Of a DNA stretch of 64,000 bases, positions 37,352 through 47,333 are shown piece after piece. The stretch is from Minisyncoccota bacterium (GTDB taxonomy: Bacteria; Patescibacteriota; Minisyncoccia; Phycocordibacterales; JABMNX01). Every line of letters starts with the position of its first letter. The stretch's first letter is position 1. Location: contig OZ244961.1 in NCBI GenBank assembly GCA_965222715.1, forward strand, positions 12,172-76,171, read 5' to 3'. A model generated the notes under the pieces. That model did not search any database. It was not told where the DNA came from and saw nothing but the letters and a program-made list of their open reading frames with translations. A program made the position numbers and the translations under genes.

Positions 37352-39067
37352 ATGAGTACACATACGTCAGAAAAAATACATACAGACACAGATAATGGAC
37401 TTGATGGGTACCCCGCACTTCTCCAAACACTTCTCCGTAACCGCAACATCACTAAAAAAGAAGATGTTGAAATGTTTCTCAATCCAGATTACGACAACCA
37501 TATTCATGACCCATTTCTACTTCCTGACATGGATAAAGCGGTTGAGCGCATTCTGCGAGCGCTTAAAAACAATGAACGTATCGCTATCTTTAGTGACTTT
37601 GATTGCGATGGTATTCCTGGTGGGGTAGTGCTTCACGACTTTTTTAAAAAAATTGGCTATGAGAATTTTACCAACTACATCCCACATCGACACGAAGAAG
37701 GGTACGGACTAAATACGCGAGCAATCGACAAACTTAAAGAAGAAGGTGTCTTACTTATGATTACTGTTGATGTTGGTATTACTGATGTTGCTCAAGTTGA
37801 GCACGCGAATTCACTCGGTATCGATGTGATTGTTACTGACCACCACCTTCCAGGAGAAGCACTTCCACCAGCTCATGCGGTAGTGAATCCAAAACGAAAA
37901 GATAACACGTATCCGTTTGATGGACTGTGTGGCGCTGGCGTTGCATTTAAATTAGTGCAAGCACTCATTCAAAAAGGTGATACTCGTTTTGGAGGTGAGC
38001 ACTTCACTCTAAAAGAAGGGTGGGAGAAATGGCTTCTTGATGTTGCAGGCTTAGCTACTATCGCTGATATGGTGCCATTAACTGGTGAAAATCGTGTGCT
38101 CGCGCATTATGGTCTCAAAGTACTACGTAAATCACCACGCCCAGGACTCATGAAACTGTGCCGCAAGATGAATGTAAAACAACGAGAGATTACAGAAGAT
38201 GATGTTGGCTTTATGATTGCACCGCGTATTAATGCTGCTTCTAGAATGGATCGGCCGGAGGATGCATTTCACTTACTTGCAACAACAGAAGATGAACAAG
38301 GAGGAATGTATGCAGAGCATTTGCATAAGATAAACAACGAACGGAAGGGAGTTGTTGCAAGTGTGGTACGAGAAGCAAAAAAAGAGCTTGAGGCACGAGA
38401 CCTGCAGGAGGTTATTGTCATAGGAAACCCAAAATGGAAACCATCACTTCTTGGGCTTGTGGCAAACACGCTCGTTGAAACGTATGAGCGACCAGTGTGT
38501 TTATGGGGTGAAGAAGGTGGAAGCGTGCTCAAGGGTTCATGTCGTTCTGATGGTACGGTCAACATCGTTGAATTAATGGAATACGCTAAAAGTAACCTAA
38601 TTGAATTTGGTGGTCATCAGTTTTCTGCAGGTTTTTCAGTTTTGCGCGACCAGGTTCACACGCTTGAAGATGCTTTTGTTAATGCATATAAAGAAGTCGC
38701 AAATGGAGAGATTCAAGAAAAACAAAAAGTTGATGCAACACTTTGGCTTGATGATGTGACGTGGGACACGTATCGCTTACTTGATAAGCTTGCGCCGTTT
38801 GGAGAAGGAAACCCAAAACCGGTATTTTTATTTGAAAATGTTGAAGTGGCAAGTACTCGACACTTTGGTAAAACACAGAATCATCTCGAGGTGAGAGTTG
38901 TTAATGGAAGTGGTGTCACCATTCCTGCGATTGCGTTTTTTAGAACAGAAGAAAGTTTTGCCGCATCTCTTACTTCAGGAAGTAAGATCAATCTTACTGC
39001 GCACATTGAGCGTTCAACATTTGGCCGTAGACCAGAACTGCGCCTACGCATCATTGACATACAATAA
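37352..39067 (+). CDS. recJ: single-stranded-DNA-specific exonuclease RecJ
   Basis: DHH motifs (IFSDFDCDG, DHH), DHHA1, C-terminal OB domain. Start set at the internal ATG 37352 so the gene does not overlap the HIT gene. Confidence 0.85.
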   Translation: MSTHTSEKIHTDTDNGLDGYPALLQTLLRNRNITKKEDVEMFLNPDYDNHIHDPFLLPDMDKAVERILRALKNNERIAIFSDFDCDGIPGGVVLHDFFKKIGYENFTNYIPHRHEEGYGLNTRAIDKLKEEGVLLMITVDVGITDVAQVEHANSLGIDVIVTDHHLPGEALPPAHAVVNPKRKDNTYPFDGLCGAGVAFKLVQALIQKGDTRFGGEHFTLKEGWEKWLLDVAGLATIADMVPLTGENRVLAHYGLKVLRKSPRPGLMKLCRKMNVKQREITEDDVGFMIAPRINAASRMDRPEDAFHLLATTEDEQGGMYAEHLHKINNERKGVVASVVREAKKELEARDLQEVIVIGNPKWKPSLLGLVANTLVETYERPVCLWGEEGGSVLKGSCRSDGTVNIVELMEYAKSNLIEFGGHQFSAGFSVLRDQVHTLEDAFVNAYKEVANGEIQEKQKVDATLWLDDVTWDTYRLLDKLAPFGEGNPKPVFLFENVEVASTRHFGKTQNHLEVRVVNGSGVTIPAIAFFRTEESFAASLTSGSKINLTAHIERSTFGRRPELRLRIIDIQ

Positions 39068-39122
39068 ATATCTGTTACTATATGGTGTAGTAAGTAACGA
39101 GTGGGAATAGGGAGACCTAACC

Positions 39123-39515
39123 ATGAAGAATCTGGTACAACTCGTACAAAAGTTCCTTAAAACATGCAGCAAATTGTTTTTGAAAGAAGCCCCGGAATTG
39201 GTATTGCAGATCAATCTCGATCGTGCAGTGCCGGGTGTTTCTGAGACGTCTTTCGAAATCAAGTTGTCACGAAAAATAACTCGAGCCCGCCACTTTGTGC
39301 GTCTTTGGGTTGAGTCCTGGGAAGAAAACCTCTTCCCGGAGAGCTGCAAACCGAAAGACATCATGGTGCGCTGTTCTCCGGAAGTGTACAAATCCCTCGG
39401 TCCCGAGGAGTATTTTCCGATTGAATTTCGAGTGCCTGGATACTACCGGAGGGGCACTGCTCGCATTGTCGTCCCCAAGGGGTGCCAAGAAAAACAACTT
39501 CTTTCTGCTGCATGA
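39123..39515 (+). CDS. hypothetical protein, GC-rich
   Basis: GGGAGA RBS; codon usage distinct from neighbours by eye. Confidence 0.4.
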   Translation: MKNLVQLVQKFLKTCSKLFLKEAPELVLQINLDRAVPGVSETSFEIKLSRKITRARHFVRLWVESWEENLFPESCKPKDIMVRCSPEVYKSLGPEEYFPIEFRVPGYYRRGTARIVVPKGCQEKQLLSAA

Positions 39516-39599
39516 GAGAATGATATGCCCGCGCACCACTACACGGTGTCGCGGGTATTCTTTTTATAGTGGTATACTTTATTAATCATTTATAAAGTT

Positions 39600-40028
39600 A
39601 TGCAAAAAATAACTATCTACACAGACGGTGGATCTCGAAACAACCCAGGACCAGCAGGTGCAGGAGTAGTTATTGTTGATGAAAATGAAAAAGTGTTGAA
39701 AGAAGCATCAAAGTACTTAGGTGAACGTACCAACAATTGGGCAGAATACGAAGCAGTCATTCTTGGGTTTGAGGAAGCAAAGAAACTTGGGTTAAAAGAG
39801 CGAGACATTGAATTTAAACTCGATAGTCAGCTGGTTGCTGAACAACTTTCAGGAAACTATCAAATAAAAGAACCAACCCTCTTTGAGCAATTTGTGAAGG
39901 TACACAATTTTCAAGTAAAAGATTTTAAACACATAACCTTCAACTACATACCGCGGGAAGAAAATACAGCAGCTGATCGCTTAGCAAACGAAGCAATGGA
40001 TAGAGGAATGAGTGGAAGTCATGAGTGA
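39600..40028 (+). CDS. rnhA: ribonuclease HI
   Basis: ITIYTDGGSRNNPGPAGAG ... NNWAEYEA ... catalytic DEDD pattern. Confidence 0.8.
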   Translation: MQKITIYTDGGSRNNPGPAGAGVVIVDENEKVLKEASKYLGERTNNWAEYEAVILGFEEAKKLGLKERDIEFKLDSQLVAEQLSGNYQIKEPTLFEQFVKVHNFQVKDFKHITFNYIPREENTAADRLANEAMDRGMSGSHE

Positions 40029-41497
40029 TGTACAATTTTCTCTACATTAGTATTATAAGTTTCACCTTTGGAGTGCTCTGGCGCTCCTTTTTTGATTATG
40101 GAGTGACCTTTTCTCTTTTTATACTACTACTGAGTGTTTCCGTATTCTCTATTCTTCTTTTTTCAAAAGAAAAGAGACACATTCTCTATATTGGAATAAG
40201 TATTCTTTTCTTTGGTTGTGGAGTTTTGCGACTTGAAATAGCTGAGATACACCAAGGTAGTGAATTATTTAGAGAATCTATTGACGTCTCAGTAACTCTT
40301 CAAGGTGTGGTTGTTGATGAGCCAGATGTACGTGAGACAAATACTAACTATACAGTTTTAGTTGACTCATTTTCGGACACTTCTGTATCAGAGAAGGTGC
40401 GTGTTATAGCAGAGTCGTACCCACGATTTCGCTACGGTGATCGTGTCACAATTGTAGGTGAGTTACTACAACCACAAGGGTTTGAAACGGATACTGGACG
40501 ATATTTTGATTATGCTGCATTTCTCTCAAAAGATGACATTTTCTACCAGATGCTGTTCCCCGAACTCACGTACGTGAGTTCGGGTGAGGGAAATCCAATT
40601 AAACAAACACTTTTTACTTTTAAGAATGCATTTCTTTCGCGTATACAAGTTCTCATCCCTGATCCACAGGCCTCACTTCTTGGCGGATTAGTTGTTGGCG
40701 CAAAACAGTCTCTTGGAGAAGAATTACAAGATGACTTTCGCGCGACCGGTATTATCCATATTGTGGTGCTTTCTGGATATAACGTCACCATTGTTGCTGA
40801 AGCAATTATGCGAACGTTTGCATTTTTACCGCAAGCAATCGGTATGTCACTCGGTGCTGGTGCGATTGTGCTCTTTGCGATAATGACCGGAGCGAGTGCG
40901 ACTATTGTGCGCGCAAGTATTATGGCACTTCTCGTTATTGTTGCTCGGGCAACAGGACGAACGTATGCAATTACTCGGGCACTTTTTATTGCAGGGTTTA
41001 TCATGATTCTTCATAACCCAAAAATTTTAGTACACGATGCGTCCTTTCAACTTTCCTTTCTTGCTACACTTGGGTTGATTTGGCTTGCCCCACTTATTGA
41101 GAGGAAGCTCGGCTTCATTCCAGGTAAGTTTCAGTTCAGAGAGTTTGCAACGGCAACAATTGCCACACAGATTTTTGTGCTTCCACTGCTCCTGTATAAG
41201 ATTGGCGAACTCTCCCTTGTCGCAGTTCCTGTGAACCTACTGGTACTTATTGTAGTGCCGATCACCATGCTTATTGGTTTTCTTGCAGGCATTCTTGGTT
41301 TTCTAAGCGCTGTACTTGCACTCCCATTTGCATACTTCGCACATTTTTTACTAAGTTACCAGCTCACTGTAGTTGATTGGTTTGCCCGCCTCCCGTTTGC
41401 ATCAGTGCAAATTGACACCTTCCCGTTATGGTTAATGGTCGGATTATACTTGTTTTACGGATTAGTCTTATTCAAGTTATATAAAAAGCCCCAATAA
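40025..41497 (+). CDS. comEC: ComEC/Rec2 DNA-uptake channel, membrane portion only (DUF4131 + competence domain)
   Basis: N-terminal OB-like region then multi-TM competence domain; no C-terminal beta-lactamase domain in this ORF. Confidence 0.75.
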   Translation: MMYNFLYISIISFTFGVLWRSFFDYGVTFSLFILLLSVSVFSILLFSKEKRHILYIGISILFFGCGVLRLEIAEIHQGSELFRESIDVSVTLQGVVVDEPDVRETNTNYTVLVDSFSDTSVSEKVRVIAESYPRFRYGDRVTIVGELLQPQGFETDTGRYFDYAAFLSKDDIFYQMLFPELTYVSSGEGNPIKQTLFTFKNAFLSRIQVLIPDPQASLLGGLVVGAKQSLGEELQDDFRATGIIHIVVLSGYNVTIVAEAIMRTFAFLPQAIGMSLGAGAIVLFAIMTGASATIVRASIMALLVIVARATGRTYAITRALFIAGFIMILHNPKILVHDASFQLSFLATLGLIWLAPLIERKLGFIPGKFQFREFATATIATQIFVLPLLLYKIGELSLVAVPVNLLVLIVVPITMLIGFLAGILGFLSAVLALPFAYFAHFLLSYQLTVVDWFARLPFASVQIDTFPLWLMVGLYLFYGLVLFKLYKKPQ

Positions 41498-41501
41498 AAA
41501 A

Positions 41502-41521
41502 CGCCAAGAGTACTCTTGGCG
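41502..41521. terminator. Bidirectional terminator, copy 2 of the repeated palindrome CGCCAAGAGTACTCTTGGCG
   Basis: Perfect 20-nt palindrome flanked by A6/T6 between convergent comEC and sod. Confidence 0.65.
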
Positions 41522-41544
41522 TTTTTTGTCGCTTATATAGTGAG

Positions 41545-42135
41545 TTATTTTGCTTCAGTAAATCGTTTCTCAACAACACTCCAATTGAGATTATTGAGAA
41601 ATGCGTCAATATACTGCCCTTTTTCTGCTGGGGTGTAGTCCACCATAAAGGCGTGCTCCCACATATCCATCGCAATAAGGATTGGAAGTCCAGCAAGTGT
41701 GCCGAGCTCATGATCACCGACCCAAGTGACATGCGGCGTTTGACCTTTTGGATCGAAGTAGAGAACCGTCCAACCAATACCACGGCTTGTGCCTACTGCT
41801 TTAAAGTGAGAAATAAAATCTTCATAGCTTCCATACTTCTCTGCGAGTACCTTTTTTAGATCCCCTTCGCTTAGTGGTGTTGCGTCACCCTCAAGCCCTT
41901 CAAAGTAGTACTCGTGCATACGCATGCCGTCGAACTCAAAACTAAACCGTCGACGCAATTCAGTAATTGCATACGCATTTCCTTCCTTATCAGCTGACTC
42001 AAGTTGTGCAATTTTCTCGCGTACAACGTTTACGTGCTTTACGTACCCTTTATAGAGCCCAAGGTGCACTTCAATTTGTTTCTCAGAGAGACCTTCAAGC
42101 TTCCCAAGATTAAATGTTTGTTCTTTATATTCCAT
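41545..42135 (-). CDS. Fe/Mn superoxide dismutase
   Basis: DMWEHAF..DY motif and N-terminal His ligands. Confidence 0.85.
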   Translation of the reverse strand: MEYKEQTFNLGKLEGLSEKQIEVHLGLYKGYVKHVNVVREKIAQLESADKEGNAYAITELRRRFSFEFDGMRMHEYYFEGLEGDATPLSEGDLKKVLAEKYGSYEDFISHFKAVGTSRGIGWTVLYFDPKGQTPHVTWVGDHELGTLAGLPILIAMDMWEHAFMVDYTPAEKGQYIDAFLNNLNWSVVEKRFTEAK

Positions 42136-42256
42136 AATTATTTTTTTGAGTTATTGCAATTAGTAGAGAGTATACCAAAAATAGAATTGTAAATCTTTTG
42201 TATCCTGTTATTCTTTGAAAAGATTAGTTTTTTCGCAATCAAAAGGAGTCAGACAC

Positions 42257-43147
42257 ATGAGCCAGAAACTCTCTGTTCATTGGGGCTACGTAACATGGTT
42301 CATGTTCGTCCACGCCTCAGTTCCGATCGCAATTTGGTACGGTATCGAAGGGTATATGACCGTCGGTCCAATTACATCGACATTCAACACCAACACCCTA
42401 TGGTTTGCCGCTGTGTTGTACATCTTCGTGCACCTCTCAATCACCTGTGGTGCTCATCGCCTCTTTACCCATCGCGCGTATAAGGCCACGCCGTTTGTGC
42501 AGTGGTTATGGCTCGTCGGGTTCTCTGGTGCAATCCAGGGAACATGTATTTGGTGGGTTGGGAAACATTGGCGTCATCACGCTGAGTCAGACACCGACGG
42601 CGACCCACACAATATCAATAAAGGGTTTTGGTGGGCACACATGAAGTGGCTTTTTTTCAAAGAGTCTATCAAACAGGAATCTTCAAAGTATACAAAAGGG
42701 GTCCTGAGAGGAGACGTTGGGAAACGACTTCTTGTACAACACCGACTCTATTGGCCGCTTGCTATTTCAGTCGGGTTGGTATTCCCAACCCTAGCTTGTT
42801 GGCTTCTGTGGAATGACCCTCTTGGCGGTTTCTTAATCGCTGGTTTGTCTCGCCTTGTGTATCAGTATCACACTACATGGCTTGCAAACTCATGGAGTCA
42901 TATGTTCGGTGCACGTAGGTTTAAAGGGGGAACGGCAACAGGTTCGCCGATTGTCGGCCTGCTGTTTAATGTTGGGGAGAGTACCCAACATGACTACCAT
43001 CACGCGCGTCCTCGGGATTGGCGCCTTGGCCCAAAGCTTTCCTTGTGTGACCCTGGAGGTTGGGTGCTACGTGCACTCGGTATCCTTGGTTTGGTAAGTG
43101 ATTTTCAAGAATCCTCTGCTCAGCAAATTGAAGCTGTGCGAGTATAA
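42257..43147 (+). CDS. membrane acyl-CoA/acyl-lipid delta-9 desaturase (stearoyl-CoA desaturase family)
   Basis: Three His boxes GAHRLFTHRAYKA, HWRHHAESDTDGDPHN, HDYHH; AAGGAG RBS before the ATG at 42257; high GC. Confidence 0.8.
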   Translation: MSQKLSVHWGYVTWFMFVHASVPIAIWYGIEGYMTVGPITSTFNTNTLWFAAVLYIFVHLSITCGAHRLFTHRAYKATPFVQWLWLVGFSGAIQGTCIWWVGKHWRHHAESDTDGDPHNINKGFWWAHMKWLFFKESIKQESSKYTKGVLRGDVGKRLLVQHRLYWPLAISVGLVFPTLACWLLWNDPLGGFLIAGLSRLVYQYHTTWLANSWSHMFGARRFKGGTATGSPIVGLLFNVGESTQHDYHHARPRDWRLGPKLSLCDPGGWVLRALGILGLVSDFQESSAQQIEAVRV

Positions 43148-43227
43148 CCACCTTGGTACTCGACGCTCAGAAATATTTTATTCTGAGCGTTTTTCTTTAC
43201 TACATAAAATAAAATATACTTTTAGTA

Positions 43228-44082
43228 ATGAAACAATATATCAGCATCTCTCTCATTAGTGGTTGTCTACTCATAAACCTGATCATTTATTCAGTTGTAT
43301 TTGCTTCAGAAGATACAGGAATACTTACTGTTGCGTTTCTTGATGTTGGTCAAGGAGATTCGATTTTTATAGAAGCGCCAAACGGTAATCAGATGCTCAT
43401 TGATGGTGGTCCGAGTGGTGCAGTGGTCCGAGAACTCTCAGAACTCATGCCATTTCACGATAGAGATATTGATGTGGTTGTGGCAACGCATCCTGACAAA
43501 GATCATGTCGCTGGATTAATTAATGTGTTTGAACGTTATGAAGTAGGTCTGTACTTAGATCCAGGTATTACCCATAATACGGGAGTATACGAAACACTTT
43601 TGAGTGCCGTTAGGAATGAAAAATCAGAAGTTGTGTTCGCTCGGCGAGGTATGCGCATAGTGCTTGATAGTAGTAATAGAGTGTATGCAGATATTTTGTT
43701 TCCCGATCGTGACGTTCAGGGTGTGGAGAGTAATCTCGGTTCTATTGTAATGCGGTTAGTCTATGGAGAGACAGAAGTCTTACTCACTGGAGATGCGCCG
43801 AAAAGTATTGAGCAGTATCTGATTGATCTTGATCGTACAAATTTAGAAAGTGATGTGCTTAAAGTGGGGCATCATGGTTCACACACATCAAGTGACGAAG
43901 CATTTATTCATACTGTTAATCCAGAATTTGGCATCATCTCTGCTGGGAAAGATAATCGCTATGGTCATCCACATCAGGAAGTACTTAATGTATTAAAAAA
44001 ATTTGATATCGAGGTGTTCAATACTGCTGAGATGGGAACTTTATTATTCTACTCAGATGGTGTAAGGTTCTGGCAGAAGTAA
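43228..44082 (+). CDS. standalone MBL-fold hydrolase resembling the ComEC C-terminal beta-lactamase domain
   Basis: VAFLDVGQGDSIFIE ... ATHPDKDHVAGL ... LKVGHHGSHTSS. Confidence 0.7.
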   Translation: MKQYISISLISGCLLINLIIYSVVFASEDTGILTVAFLDVGQGDSIFIEAPNGNQMLIDGGPSGAVVRELSELMPFHDRDIDVVVATHPDKDHVAGLINVFERYEVGLYLDPGITHNTGVYETLLSAVRNEKSEVVFARRGMRIVLDSSNRVYADILFPDRDVQGVESNLGSIVMRLVYGETEVLLTGDAPKSIEQYLIDLDRTNLESDVLKVGHHGSHTSSDEAFIHTVNPEFGIISAGKDNRYGHPHQEVLNVLKKFDIEVFNTAEMGTLLFYSDGVRFWQK

Positions 44083-44103
44083 TCAAACGGAAAGGCTTTC
44101 GTT

Positions 44104-44484
44104 ATGCCAGAGTATACATGTAGAGAGATTAAGACAGAGGGTACAGCAATTCCCTCAAAGCACACTCCTTGGCAGGTGTGGGAAGGTCGGGGGGTCATTG
44201 CAACCTGTCAAAATGAAGAAGACGCGGACATGGTTGCGGAAGGCCTCATGCTTCGCGAAGAACACAGGCTTAACCTCTGGGTCAGGGCGTCTGATGTTGT
44301 CTCTGAGGAAGAGGTTCAGAAAAGAATTGATGAGGCAGTGTCCAAAGTACTGGAGACAGCCGAATCTGAGAAAGCAGAAGCCGTGGAGAAGGCACGATCT
44401 GAAACCATCGACCTTCTGTTTTCAAACAATTCTAAACCTGAGGTGGCAGAACAACGCCCGGGAGACGAAGTACCTCTCGGTTGA
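44104..44484 (+). CDS. hypothetical acidic protein, GC-rich
   Basis: ORF only; distinct codon usage by eye. Confidence 0.35.
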   Translation: MPEYTCREIKTEGTAIPSKHTPWQVWEGRGVIATCQNEEDADMVAEGLMLREEHRLNLWVRASDVVSEEEVQKRIDEAVSKVLETAESEKAEAVEKARSETIDLLFSNNSKPEVAEQRPGDEVPLG

Positions 44485-44553
44485 ATCATTATGGTTTAAA
44501 CTCAAACGCCCAGCAGCTGCTGGGCGTTCCTATTCTACTTCACTAAGATAGAT

Positions 44554-44796
44554 TTAAATTAACCCCGCTTCTTTAAGAGTTTTGTATGCCCCATTCTTAT
44601 TAATAGTACGGATTGCTTTGGTTGAAAGATTAAGAGTAACTTTTTTATTAAGCTCTGGTACAAAAATAGTTTTCTTTTGGAGATTTACCTGGCGTCGTGT
44701 TTTACCAGTTGGGTTAAATTGGGTAGCACGAGTCCGGTTGCTGTAGCCGCCAGCAACTTTTGAAGATTTTTGTGTAATTGGACAGGTTTTTGCCAT
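44554..44796 (-). CDS. rpmB: 50S ribosomal protein L28
   Basis: MAKTCPITQKSSKVAGGYSNRTRATQFNP matches the L28 N-terminus. Confidence 0.85.
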   Translation of the reverse strand: MAKTCPITQKSSKVAGGYSNRTRATQFNPTGKTRRQVNLQKKTIFVPELNKKVTLNLSTKAIRTINKNGAYKTLKEAGLI

Positions 44797-44837
44797 ATGT
44801 CTTTAGTGCGAGCTATGGTACCATTGTGGCACGTACT

Positions 44838-45485
44838 ATGCAACTAGAAATTCTATTTGTCATTCTCATACTCATTCTTTCAGTCGTTATTCATGAGGTC
44901 GCACATGGCTATGCTGCAAACATGCTAGGTGACCCAACTGCGCGTTTAGCAGGACGATTAACGCTTAACCCAATTAAGCATGTTGATTTACTTGGCTCAA
45001 TTATCATTCCAGGTCTTTTAGTGCTTTCAAGTTCACCGTTTCTCTTTGGGTATGCGAAGCCAGTGCCGTATAACCCATACAATTTGCGTAAATATAACTG
45101 GGCACAAAAGTGGGGTGAAGCATTTGTTGCCTTTGCTGGACCAGGTGTCAATATTTTAATCGCACTTATTTTTGGTCTCATTATTCGGTTTGGTGCTGGC
45201 CTTGAGTTAGTCACACCAGCGTTTATTGAAATTAGTACCACTATTGTCTTTATTAATATTCTTTTAGCAGTTATTAACCTTATTCCTATTCCACCACTTG
45301 ATGGCTCAAAGGTGCTTGCTGCAATTCTCCCAACAGGGCTTGCACTTCAGTATGCGCGGCTTCGTGGAGCGCTCGAGCAAAACGTCTTTCTTGCATTTGG
45401 TATTATTCTCTTATTTATACTCCTTTTTGGTGGTGTCTTCATACAGGGAATTCTCTCACTTTCCTCACTTATTATTGGCATGTAA
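44838..45485 (+). CDS. site-2 protease family (M50) membrane metalloprotease
   Basis: HEVAHG zinc motif in TM1 and PIPPLDGSKV (LDG motif). Confidence 0.7.
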   Translation: MQLEILFVILILILSVVIHEVAHGYAANMLGDPTARLAGRLTLNPIKHVDLLGSIIIPGLLVLSSSPFLFGYAKPVPYNPYNLRKYNWAQKWGEAFVAFAGPGVNILIALIFGLIIRFGAGLELVTPAFIEISTTIVFINILLAVINLIPIPPLDGSKVLAAILPTGLALQYARLRGALEQNVFLAFGIILLFILLFGGVFIQGILSLSSLIIGM

Positions 45486-45559
45486 TCATAAGCTTAAGAG
45501 TTTGCATTTTTGGGGCGAGTAGAGTACAGTAGTGCCCATACGCTTCGTGCGTATTTTTT

Positions 45560-45973
45560 ATGGCAACAATTAATCAGTTAGTACGAAAAGGACGAAAGAA
45601 TCCAGTCACCAAGCCAAAGGCGGTGGCTCTTCAACGTGGTTTCAATACTTTAAAGAACCGTCCAACACGATACCCATCACCATTTAAACGTGGCGTGTGT
45701 ACTAAGGTGACAACAAAGACTCCGCGTAAGCCAAACTCAGCTATTCGAAAGATTGCTCGTGTTCGTCTTACTAATGGTATGGAAGTAACCGCCTACATTC
45801 CAGGAATGGGACACAATCTTCAGGAGCACTCAGTAGTACTCCTTCGTGGTGGACGTGTGAAAGATATTAACGTTCGCTACACCATCGTTCGCGGTAAGCT
45901 TGATACTGAAGGTGTAAACAATCGAAAGAAGAGTCGAAGTCGATACGGAACAAAGAAAGATGGTAAGAAATAG
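45560..45973 (+). CDS. rpsL: 30S ribosomal protein S12
   Basis: Conserved S12 sequence (PKKPNSA(I/L)RK, TPKKPNS). Confidence 0.9.
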   Translation: MATINQLVRKGRKNPVTKPKAVALQRGFNTLKNRPTRYPSPFKRGVCTKVTTKTPRKPNSAIRKIARVRLTNGMEVTAYIPGMGHNLQEHSVVLLRGGRVKDINVRYTIVRGKLDTEGVNNRKKSRSRYGTKKDGKK

Positions 45974-45981
45974 AATAATCT

Positions 45982-46443
45982 ATGCGACGACCACTTAAGA
46001 AAAAGCACGAACTCACACCAGACTTCACATATGACTCAGTGAAGGTGACTAAGTTCATCAACTACATCATGGAGCGCGGTAAGAAAAATACTGCGCGGGA
46101 AATTGTATATAAAACATTTACTGAGCTTAAAAAGAAAGGGGACCCAATTGAAATTTTTGAAACAGCACTCCGCAACGTTGAGCCAGCAATGGAGGTACGT
46201 TCACGTCGTGTTGGTGGTGCAAACTATCAGGTGCCACGAGAAATTCGTGCAGAGCGACGTCTTTCACTTGCAATGCGATGGATTATCCAAGCGGCAAAAG
46301 CACGAAAGGGAATGCCAATGCATAAGCGACTTGCTGAAGAACTCGCTCTTGCAGCAAACAAAGAGGGTGAAGCAGTGAAGAAACGAGAGAATGTACACAA
46401 GATGGCAGAAGCAAACAAAGCATTCGCGCACTTTGCATGGTAA
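45982..46443 (+). CDS. rpsG: 30S ribosomal protein S7
   Basis: S7 motifs; position after rpsL. Confidence 0.9.
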   Translation: MRRPLKKKHELTPDFTYDSVKVTKFINYIMERGKKNTAREIVYKTFTELKKKGDPIEIFETALRNVEPAMEVRSRRVGGANYQVPREIRAERRLSLAMRWIIQAAKARKGMPMHKRLAEELALAANKEGEAVKKRENVHKMAEANKAFAHFAW

Positions 46444-46529
46444 GTTCTCACTGCTAGTAATATAGATATAAATGTGATACTAAGGACTCAGGTGAAACTG
46501 AGTCCTTTGGCGTTGTAAGGAGGATCAGA

Positions 46530-47168
46530 ATGCGAATTGTTATTCTCGCACTCCTGCTTGTATGCGTTGGGTGCGCAAATCGAGAAGAACCACCCGCAAC
46601 AAGTTCGTTTCCGGGTGATGAAATAGCAATCTCACGAGACTGCATGCCAGAGATTCTCCCTGGTCGTACGGTTGAAGCTCAAGAATATGAGCCAATCATT
46701 CGCTTCGTCCACGAGTTGTCGTCACGTATCTTTTCATGCGACTACTACGAAGGTGAGCCAGTGCGCTTCTTTGGAAAGACCGTCAAAATAAAAGGAAGGC
46801 CGGTACGTTCAGGTTATGGCCTGGCCATTGCTGATCATGCGTCCATTGTTCATGAACTCTTCTCTGTGGCAAACTTCCGTATCCAGTATGACGAACTTAA
46901 ATTTAAATTGCGGATACAACAGAAGTGGGTTCATACAACATATGGTGGAGTTGAGAGAAGTCATTTGGTGTACATTGTGGAAGCAAGAAAACAATTTATA
47001 CCGTGGCAGACAATTGGTGCACTAACCACGCTCGACTTTTCAGTACGCCAGGACAAATACACTGCTTTCCTGTGGGTCCAGGGTCTCGGGCTTTCGGATG
47101 AAGAGATTGTAAACCGATTCCGAACGCTGAGTGCATTTTTGGTACCAACGGAGGTAGCTCAGCCTTAA
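46530..47168 (+). CDS. hypothetical putative lipoprotein, GC-rich, inserted between rpsG and fusA
   Basis: Signal peptide with Cys (LLLVCVGCANRE); own RBS AAGGAGG; own terminator at 47185-47215. Confidence 0.5.
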   Translation: MRIVILALLLVCVGCANREEPPATSSFPGDEIAISRDCMPEILPGRTVEAQEYEPIIRFVHELSSRIFSCDYYEGEPVRFFGKTVKIKGRPVRSGYGLAIADHASIVHELFSVANFRIQYDELKFKLRIQQKWVHTTYGGVERSHLVYIVEARKQFIPWQTIGALTTLDFSVRQDKYTAFLWVQGLGLSDEEIVNRFRTLSAFLVPTEVAQP

Positions 47169-47333
47169 CTTTTCTTACGACTTGACCCTCGCTGTTGTGG
47201 CGAGGGTTTCTCTTTACTCTAACTTTGCGTTAACTTGTCTGAGTAATAGTATTGTTGCAATTTTTACCTGTTCCCCGTATAGTAGTGGCACGCCGAAGGC
47301 GTTTTATTTTTGTAATACACAGTTAGTAACTAT

